This document shows, in pieces, positions 9,244-15,692 of a stretch of 25,981 nucleotides of DNA. Position 1 is the stretch's first letter, and the number at the start of each line of letters is the position of its first letter. Source of the DNA: a virus. Taxonomy: Duplodnaviria > Caudoviricetes. The notes under the pieces are model-generated. The model worked only from the letters and a program-made list of their open reading frames with translations. It had not been told where the DNA came from and ran no database searches. Where the stretch lies: positions 1 through 25,981 of the IMG/VR virus record IMGVR_UViG_3300005612_000020; one strand, 5' to 3'. The translations under genes were made by a program, and so were the position numbers.

Positions 9244-9903
9244 TCACGACAAATGCTCTCGAAGCTTTGGATTGATTGCCATATCTGTTTGAACCTTAGC
9301 TCCAAGCAATCCAAAGAAGCTTTGAAAATGAACAGCTGTCCGCTGAAGGCTTGGTGTTTCTTCAGCATCCCTTGCGATATAGCGGTAAACAATCCATTCG
9401 ATGAGTGCAGGAGAATAGATATCATCAATCGTTATCGCGTCATTTATTGTTGCAATATCAGCTGGATTTATAGATTCAGATACTTCGATCTGGACCGTTG
9501 CCGTTGCAATGACTGGGGGCGATACATAGAAATCCGTATCCAACCTGTCATCAAAGACGTATTCTTTAACCACGCTTGATGCAACCGCTGAGTGCCAGTC
9601 AGGCTCAAATTCATCCTTGATTCCACGCTCAACAAGCCTTATTGCACGACCTGGCGTCGATCCGCTTGCGCCCATGTTACGAACAACGCTCATTAATTTA
9701 AGGCCGGCTATACTTTGTTTTGTCCCGGGTACCAGGGTAATCGAGCGAATAACGGTTGAGGCATCCGGCTTTACAATCACGATTGCTCGCTGTGCATCAT
9801 TCAGCCACCCCAAAGCGTTTGCTGTTGTCATCTGGACGTTGCTTTCGTCCTGTATGATTTCAGACGCTTGACTGATTAATGCACTAGCAAGAAGTGTACC
9901 CAT
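9244..9903 (-). CDS. Putative head-tail adaptor protein, DUF6682-like (219 aa)
   Basis: A..IQDE.......L.WLNDAQR.I...KPDA...L.PGTKQ...L..VVRN pattern; position two genes after the decoration gene. Confidence 0.6.
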   Translation of the reverse strand: MGTLLASALISQASEIIQDESNVQMTTANALGWLNDAQRAIVIVKPDASTVIRSITLVPGTKQSIAGLKLMSVVRNMGASGSTPGRAIRLVERGIKDEFEPDWHSAVASSVVKEYVFDDRLDTDFYVSPPVIATATVQIEVSESINPADIATINDAITIDDIYSPALIEWIVYRYIARDAEETPSLQRTAVHFQSFFGLLGAKVQTDMAINPKLREHLS

Positions 9904-9909
9904 GGTCGA

Positions 9910-10479
9910 TTAGCCTGCAGCTGTTTGCTTATGATTTATCAATAGCTGGCATTCAGCCAATACGGCTGACAAAGTAGGTTTGCGATTAAGCTTCTGGCCA
10001 AAATGCTTTTCAGCCCATTCGGACAATACTGTTTTAGCCTCACGAGCGCCCATGTTTTCGATATTTGGTATCTGAATACCAGTTGGCGCCTGGTTGGTGT
10101 CAGTTTTGATTGTTTCATGTGGAACATCATCACTGCTACGTTTCAGTGTTGGCGCAATCGTGTTTGGAGCTTGTTCAGGAGCCTCACCGGTTATTTTCAT
10201 CTGATCCCATTGCTCTGGTGAGTCAATTGAAATCATGTCATCACGTTCAGCGAGAATGTCGGTCCAGGGATACAGCACGCCGTTCTTTGTGTTGCCAAGG
10301 TAGGGTGTTTTGCGTCTTTCAGGACCACCCATATCGCTTGCATCAGAGATATGTCCCGTTTCAATCTCGCCCTGGGCTGTACATGCCACCATGTCATCAC
10401 GAGCGGCAAGTATTTCCGTATACAGGAACACGCGACCATTGCTAATGCACTTCAGGTGCGTTGTTTTGTTTTCGATCAT
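9910..10479 (-). CDS. Hypothetical protein with internal duplication (189 aa)
   Basis: GGAGG SD; two copies of L....NG....(Y/W)T.ILA.RDDM. Confidence 0.65.
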   Translation of the reverse strand: MIENKTTHLKCISNGRVFLYTEILAARDDMVACTAQGEIETGHISDASDMGGPERRKTPYLGNTKNGVLYPWTDILAERDDMISIDSPEQWDQMKITGEAPEQAPNTIAPTLKRSSDDVPHETIKTDTNQAPTGIQIPNIENMGAREAKTVLSEWAEKHFGQKLNRKPTLSAVLAECQLLINHKQTAAG

Positions 10480-10497
10480 ATTTCCTCCGGGTTAATG

Positions 10498-10532
10498 AAA
10501 AACGGCCCAAGGAATATCCCAGGGCCGTTTTT
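10498..10532 (-). terminator. Intrinsic terminator (potentially bidirectional) after the decoration gene
   Basis: AAAAACGGCCC-N13-GGGCCGTTTTT perfect 11-bp inverted repeat including the T/A tracts. Confidence 0.75.
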
Positions 10533-10563
10533 GGTTACTACTTAGTGCCTATTTAGGAACTAA

Positions 10564-11052
10564 TTAGGCGGTATCACCCATGAAGGCGCTTGTTCCACGC
10601 ATATCCATAAATACAGATGTGACGCGGAATTTCGCAGCATCAGCAGCATTATTCATCAGAATACTGAATGTAACGCCACCATCAGGAGTGGTATAGCCTG
10701 CAGTTGCACCACCAACAGAGTGAACCTCTGCTGTGCTGGCAGAACCGGACCAGGTTAGTGTTCCGGCAGTGCCATTAAGGTCAACGCCATCGATAAGACA
10801 GTCAACATCACCGCCGGTAATACCAATATCAGCAGTACATGTACCACCTTCAGCAGTCAATACTTCGACCACGGTACTAACGTGCATGTGACCTTCAGGC
10901 ACATCGAATAGCGCAAATGATGCAGCGCCAAGGTTAACCCCGGTTGCGGCAGTTGCGTCGATATACTGCTCATACTTCACAAGTGTATTCATTGCGGCCA
11001 AGCCCTGATTACCCTGTTGAGCAGTAAAATCTATGGTTGTTGAATCAGCCAT
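10564..11052 (-). CDS. Putative capsid decoration/cement protein (162 aa)
   Basis: Directly after the capsid gene, GAGGT SD; Gly/Ala/Thr-rich beta-fold with LFDVP.G......VEVLTAEGGT.T.DIG.TG.D.D..IDGVDLN. Confidence 0.6.
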   Translation of the reverse strand: MADSTTIDFTAQQGNQGLAAMNTLVKYEQYIDATAATGVNLGAASFALFDVPEGHMHVSTVVEVLTAEGGTCTADIGITGGDVDCLIDGVDLNGTAGTLTWSGSASTAEVHSVGGATAGYTTPDGGVTFSILMNNAADAAKFRVTSVFMDMRGTSAFMGDTA

Positions 11053-11087
11053 GTTTTTATTACCTCTTAATTAAAGTTTTGTGACAT

Positions 11088-11109
11088 AAAAGGGCAATCC
11101 CTGCCCTTT
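11088..11109 (-). terminator. Intrinsic terminator after major capsid gene
   Basis: Minus strand AAAGGGCA-GGGAT-TGCCCTTTTAT, just after the capsid stop. Confidence 0.6.
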
Positions 11110-11120
11110 AACGATCAGGA

Positions 11121-11944
11121 TTACTTGGTGACAACACCGTGCGCAATCGCTTCAGGTTTGATGACTTTATAGCCATAGACCTGCAAACCGCGAACCAGCG
11201 TACCGAATGTCGATTCGGCGCGAAGCGTTTCACTGTTCAGCATCTGCGAGGCAAAAGTCAAACCTGACTTGTGTCCAGCGATGATGTTTGTGATGCTTCC
11301 ACTGTTTACAGTGAGCAAGTTAGAGCGATAGATCATGAAACGATCAATCATGCCAAGACGGCCATTGCGCATTATCGAGGTCTGATCACCCGCTAGACTT
11401 GCGTCTTTCAGGTCAGATTGCTTGATAAAGCCACATGCCCATACTGGCAAGACAAGCCACCGATCAGACTCAGGTACATTCTGCTCATCCAGAACAGAGC
11501 CCAGGTTCACGATGTAATCGAGAACATTGGTCTTGTCCAGGGTGAAAGGTGTACCGGAACTACCCAGGTTATAACCACTGGAAATTGCTCCGGCAGTTGT
11601 ACCTACGTTACTGGCATGCGCATCAGCGTAGATTGTACCGAGCACTTGCGTGTCGATAGTAATCTTGAGCTGTTCGGACGCATCACGAGTCCAGTCATCG
11701 ATGTAGTTGTAGTCCGACTGGAACTTATCAACGTCATCGGCAACCAACTGCCAATATTTGCCCTTATCGATTGTGAGTTCGACGGTTTCTGGTGTCGGAC
11801 GTTCGGTCTGCAGCGTACCACCCTTGCTGTAATCACGGATAGTGATTGTCGGGGTTGTACGAATGATAACCTTGTCGCCCTGTGACGCGATTTCGCCTTC
11901 GTACTCAGTGTTTGCGATTGCCGATAAAACTGTTGCTTCATAGA
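11121..11944 (-). CDS. Major capsid protein, exon 2 (join 13037-12950, 11944-11121; 303 aa spliced)
   Basis: Frame open 65 codons upstream of the ORF-track start: YEATVLSAIANTEYEGEIASQGDKVIIRTTPTITIRDYSKGG...LTIDKGKY...LDEQNVPESDRWLV...RNGRLGMIDRF.IY.SN...RGLQVYGYKVIKPEA, a P22-coat-like HK97-fold capsid pattern. Confidence 0.92.
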
Positions 11945-12949
11945 CTACCTTATTTTATAAGGCCGGACTGTCGCTTATACTGCGTATTCTACTGGTCTAT
12001 CTCGTTTTAATTTAATATCAAACGAAATGTTTTCAACCAATTTTGATATATCAGTATTTTGATCATTCAGTCTCTGCTCCTGTGCTTTGAGCTGCGCTAT
12101 CACATCTTTGATGGCTTTTCCGTCACGGAAATTCCCACCTTCTGCGCAAGCAAGGACAAAATATAGTTGGTCATGTTTTATTACAGAATGCTTTGCAAAA
12201 TAGTTAAAAAACTGCTTTGCTTTTGATGGCGGAAGTGGCAATACCCATACCGGATAATTACCTTCTTTGTGTTTTTCCATATACACTTTTCCGCCAAACG
12301 CTTTTTGCAGTAAATCCAGCCCTATTCTATAGGCTGGTTCAGCCGTTATTCTAGCTGAAATATATGTGCATCCTGTATGCTTTCGATATGAATACGCAAC
12401 ACATCCATCACCATCAAAATAACCAGCAACCCATTTACGAGTAGGATGGTTCTGCATCAATGTAACCAATGTTTTACGATTCTTTCTAAGCAATTTCTCA
12501 TGATATTTTGTTTCATCAAGAGAATATGGCCCCTTCAAGTCTTGAAAGTAATCAAGGCAAAAATCCGCATACTGGCGTTTTATTACCAGGTACTTTTTTA
12601 TTCTTGATAACAGCATACGCGCTTGTTTTGTTGGAATTTCAAGCCTTGAATATGACTTGGAATCACTTCCAACAACGTAAACATTTCCTGCATTTATGCT
12701 GTCGTTCAAAAGATGAAGTATTTTGTCTTTCTTTGTTTCTTGTGAAAATTGCAAATAAAATGTTGGAAAAAAACCGGTATTCTTTTTAAGAAACCTAATT
12801 CCGAACGTCCCATCAGCATCAAGAAACCCTGCTATATATTTTTCACTAAGTGTTGTCATGCTTGACTGTACCTCAGTTATTTGCACTTGGATCTGGTTAG
12901 CTTGCGCCTTCCAGTTGTTTAGATCAAATTTTAATTAAGCCCTAATTTG
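11945..12949 (-). ncRNA. Group I self-splicing intron (1005 nt) in the major capsid gene
   Basis: 5' exon ends in U, intron ends in G, removal restores AAG T|TC TAT (K-F-Y). P1 UUAAGU/GCUUAA with U.G at the splice site; P3 UUUGAUC/GAUCAAA; P4 CUGG/CCAG; P5 GC-GCAA-GC; P7 GACUG/CAGUC; P8 AUACUG/CAGUAU; P9 CCUUAU-AAA-AUAAGG. Confidence 0.92.
11975..12859 (-). CDS. Intron-encoded double-motif LAGLIDADG homing endonuclease (294 aa from ATG 12859)
   Basis: Motifs YIAGFLDADG and WVAGYFDGDG; Lys-rich; GAGGT SD 10 nt before ATG 12859; AT-richer than flanking exons. Confidence 0.9.
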   Translation of the reverse strand: MTTLSEKYIAGFLDADGTFGIRFLKKNTGFFPTFYLQFSQETKKDKILHLLNDSINAGNVYVVGSDSKSYSRLEIPTKQARMLLSRIKKYLVIKRQYADFCLDYFQDLKGPYSLDETKYHEKLLRKNRKTLVTLMQNHPTRKWVAGYFDGDGCVAYSYRKHTGCTYISARITAEPAYRIGLDLLQKAFGGKVYMEKHKEGNYPVWVLPLPPSKAKQFFNYFAKHSVIKHDQLYFVLACAEGGNFRDGKAIKDVIAQLKAQEQRLNDQNTDISKLVENISFDIKLKRDRPVEYAV

Positions 12950-13037
12950 ACTTAACCAACAATTTTCCCGACCAGATCGCATTCGGGATTGTAATGCCCG
13001 AAAGTTGCGGATGTCCGCCTGCTACTGGTAAAGCCAT
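12950..13037 (-). CDS. Major capsid protein, exon 1 (29 codons + 1 nt; absent from the ORF track)
   Basis: GAGGT SD then MALPVAGGHPQLSGITIPNAIWSGKLLVK; IP..IWS.KL is the typical N-terminal motif of this capsid family. Confidence 0.9.
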
Positions 13038-13090
13038 ATTATTATTACCTCATGGTTTACGAGCTCATTGCAGACTTACTATCCACGCAT

Positions 13091-13114
13091 AAAAAAACCG
13101 ACTGCTGCCGGTTT
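13091..13114 (-). terminator. Intrinsic terminator between scaffold and capsid genes
   Basis: Minus strand AAACCGGC-AGCA-GTCGGTTTTTTT. Confidence 0.6.
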
Positions 13115-13136
13115 GCTGTCACAAACATGACTGATT

Positions 13137-14141
13137 TTATCCTTGGATGATTTTACCTGCGGCTTGAGCCCGCTTTATACTTTCCTCGATAGCATCTGCT
13201 TGTTCGGCTGTGTATTTCTTAGTTGTGGCCCTGTCCTTGAAGAACTCGTTTACCTGGGTGATAGTAAAGGTTTCAGCCTGCGCATTAATTTCCTGCACAG
13301 GATCTCCACCAACACCACCTTCCGGGGTAAGTTGATTCTCAAGTTCGTTGCCAGCATTGCCAGGGGCAGCTGCTCCGAGATCGGATAGGTACTGTTTAAA
13401 TTGATTCAGCACCCAGATTACTGTTGTGGCAGTGTGTGTATCACCGCCTTGCTTGACTACCTCACCGTAGCTGCGTTGATCAACCGGGCTTAGTTTCTTG
13501 GCGCAAAAATTGCCCCAATCTTCACCTCTCGTTATGGTCAACCACTCATCATCAGGAAAGGCTTCGTCCATCGCCTCATCGTATAACTGCGCTTCTGTCT
13601 TCATGGCCACAGACTCAAGATGCCCAACTTTTTGCTCGAGCTCTTTCAGATTGTCAGACGGAGCATTATTATTGTCCTGCTGCCCAACAGCTGTTGTCTG
13701 TATGGTGAATTGGTCGCGCAGATAATCGTCCTGGTACTCGTCCTTGATCTTCTGCGGTAATTTATCAAGCCATGCCTTATAGGCATCATCACCTTGCGGA
13801 TCGGCGGTTGCTACTGGAGCTGGATCAGCGACTACAGTTGGCGCGGCATTGAGCTTTTGAATAAGCTCCTGATTTTGACGTTGAGATTCAGTCAGAGTCG
13901 TCTGTATATCGGCGAGAGTCTGTCTCAATTCAGTTATTGTCGCATCAGTTGTCGCTTTGTAGCGGCTGTATCGCTCCTTGTAGTTTTCCGGATCGATCCT
14001 TGGTTGTTCAGTTTTAACAGGTTCGGCTGTTGCAGCTGGTTGTGCTGCTGGTGCCGGCTTGTCTCCGCCTTTCATTCCAAGCTCTACGGCCTGAGCTTCT
14101 GCTGCATCGCCGATTGCTTGTACTGCTTTAGGTAAACCCAT
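13137..14141 (-). CDS. Putative capsid scaffolding protein (334 aa)
   Basis: Immediately upstream of the capsid gene; acidic, coiled-coil and Pro/Ala-rich; GGAGG SD; C-terminal E..I..A...G.I motif. Confidence 0.75.
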   Translation of the reverse strand: MGLPKAVQAIGDAAEAQAVELGMKGGDKPAPAAQPAATAEPVKTEQPRIDPENYKERYSRYKATTDATITELRQTLADIQTTLTESQRQNQELIQKLNAAPTVVADPAPVATADPQGDDAYKAWLDKLPQKIKDEYQDDYLRDQFTIQTTAVGQQDNNNAPSDNLKELEQKVGHLESVAMKTEAQLYDEAMDEAFPDDEWLTITRGEDWGNFCAKKLSPVDQRSYGEVVKQGGDTHTATTVIWVLNQFKQYLSDLGAAAPGNAGNELENQLTPEGGVGGDPVQEINAQAETFTITQVNEFFKDRATTKKYTAEQADAIEESIKRAQAAGKIIQG

Positions 14142-14153
14142 CTTTGGTCCTCC

Positions 14154-14237
14154 GAGCCGTGCATACGGGATTCATTCGCCAGATTGGAGCCATAGGGGAT
14201 TCCTCTCTGGTTTCAGAGCCGTCATATAACGGGATTC
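14154..14237 (-). repeat. Three copies of a GAATCCC-(variable hairpin)-GGCTC motif in the scaffold leader
   Basis: Copies at 14216-14237, 14187-14202 and 14154-14173, each separated by exactly 13 nt; the last directly abuts the GGAGG SD. Confidence 0.85.
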
Positions 14238-14271
14238 GTTGTAGTTTTGCCGCTTGAGTGCGGCAGGTTTA

Positions 14272-14535
14272 TTAAGTCGGGATAGATCGTATCCCGGCTT
14301 TACTCATGGCCAGTTTCCCGGCCTTTTCTCGCGGAGTTGCTGCATGATCACAGAACTCCAGCAATTCTTTTACAGCACCTTGCGCTCGATAGATAATAGG
14401 TGCGGATTCAGAAGAGCGCAGTCTTTCATCTTGATCGGCAGCTGATTCCAGGAACCATTCCTGGATAACCCGAAAATCAGGATTGCCTTCGAGATTGCAA
14501 AGTGCTTTTAAAACTTTTTCGTCAACCTTGCGCAT
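14272..14535 (-). CDS. Small conserved head-module protein (87 aa)
   Basis: L..L..NPDF.....W...IYRAQG helical pattern; occupies the usual small-gene slot just before a podovirus scaffold gene. Confidence 0.65.
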   Translation of the reverse strand: MRKVDEKVLKALCNLEGNPDFRVIQEWFLESAADQDERLRSSESAPIIYRAQGAVKELLEFCDHAATPREKAGKLAMSKAGIRSIPT

Positions 14536-14537
14536 TA

Positions 14538-15005
14538 CTAACCGGTCAGTGTGATACCAGCTGGAACAGAGCAGTTGCCCTCTACGAACCAGTTAGTGCC
14601 ATTTGTCTGTAATTCTATCCAGTCACCAACAACAGCCTGGCTTGCAATGAAATTCACGACATCAGCACCAGCTGTTTCAAAGTCAGATGCAGCCGTATGT
14701 GCTGTACAGGTATTCACAGCACCAACGATCGTGTCTTCATCACCAGACCCAGCTGAAATGATATATGCAGTTGTTGGCGCTGTTTCAACACGGAACCTGA
14801 ATTTAGTTCCAATCGGAACAGCAGAATGTAACGGCAGAGTTACGGTAAAGCCGCCGACCAAGTTAAGGCCAAATGTTTTCCCACTATCTTCTTTTGTCAG
14901 TGTTTTTGCGGCAGCAAGTGATTCATAGCTGTCGAACCCTTCCAGACCCTCCATGATCTGACCAACACGCAACTTACTTACTGAAAAATCTTCATATCTT
15001 GCCAT
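14538..15005 (-). CDS. Putative head-associated/fibre-like protein (155 aa)
   Basis: TLT..DSGKTF.LN..GFTVTLP...G..F.F and GDWIEL...GTNWFV.G motifs common in phage virion proteins. Confidence 0.55.
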   Translation of the reverse strand: MARYEDFSVSKLRVGQIMEGLEGFDSYESLAAAKTLTKEDSGKTFGLNLVGGFTVTLPLHSAVPIGTKFRFRVETAPTTAYIISAGSGDEDTIVGAVNTCTAHTAASDFETAGADVVNFIASQAVVGDWIELQTNGTNWFVEGNCSVPAGITLTG

Positions 15006-15050
15006 GTTAAAGCTCCCGCTTTGTGACTGACTAAAATCGTCAGAATTAAA

Positions 15051-15692
15051 TTATGAGCCCTTCACGAACTCGTCGTTTGATCCAAATGAATCGACTTCAT
15101 AGTGGATGTCAAATTCAAGCATTCTTGCATCAGCACCATAGGTATCTGCTGCGTCACTGCCTATTCTTGATAATTTCCAAAAGATAATGCTGGAAACTGT
15201 TTTTCCTGTCATAGTTATATCGCCAAGCGGTGTAATAAGCACCTCGTTAGCTGTGTCGCCGTCTGGTGTCCCTGTTGCTACTGTTGTCGCCTGAAGTTGA
15301 CTGCCGTAATCCATTGCAGCAACAGCGCCGTTATTCACAACCTCATAATCAAATTGCCAAAGCACATCACCACCAGCACTGGTTGTTTTTTGCCAATGCA
15401 CATGGGGTTTTAATGTGGTTCCTTCCTTCCATGAATGCGGCATCTGAGCAATACCAGCAAGCATTTGTGTAGCTGCTGCTGCAAACAGCCAGAGGCCAGT
15501 TGTTGTCTCTACATCAGGGTCGGAAGCTGCCCCAGGTGGATTAATGCCTTGTGATGGAAAACGTAGATCATCCCAACTGGTGTTACTAAGTCTAAAATTA
15601 CCTACCGTCAGATCATCAATTGTCGCTTCTTCAACGCCATCAATTGTGACTGCCGTAAGGCGGGTAATTATATGGTGCTCTCGTTCAGCCAT
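15051..15692 (-). CDS. Hypothetical virion-module protein (213 aa)
   Basis: Coupled to portal stop; beta-rich with WDDLRFP, QMPHSW.EGT...PHVHW and DIHYEVD motifs. Confidence 0.6.
   Translation of the reverse strand: MAEREHHIITRLTAVTIDGVEEATIDDLTVGNFRLSNTSWDDLRFPSQGINPPGAASDPDVETTTGLWLFAAAATQMLAGIAQMPHSWKEGTTLKPHVHWQKTTSAGGDVLWQFDYEVVNNGAVAAMDYGSQLQATTVATGTPDGDTANEVLITPLGDITMTGKTVSSIIFWKLSRIGSDAADTYGADARMLEFDIHYEVDSFGSNDEFVKGS

Noticed and set aside
11121-11747. 208-aa ORF as a complete capsid gene, or as a pseudogene disrupted by an insertion
   Set aside because: The frame extends upstream to 11942 and joins exon 1 precisely at group I splice sites; the gene is split, not broken.
11945-12949. 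Intein or free-standing endonuclease interpretation
   Set aside because: In-frame stop after exon 1, separate SD/ATG, no Cys/Ser...His-Asn intein ends, and a full set of group I helices.
14154-14237. Mini CRISPR array
   Set aside because: Units are 16-22 nt with variable centres, spacers only 13 nt, and there are no cas genes in the window.
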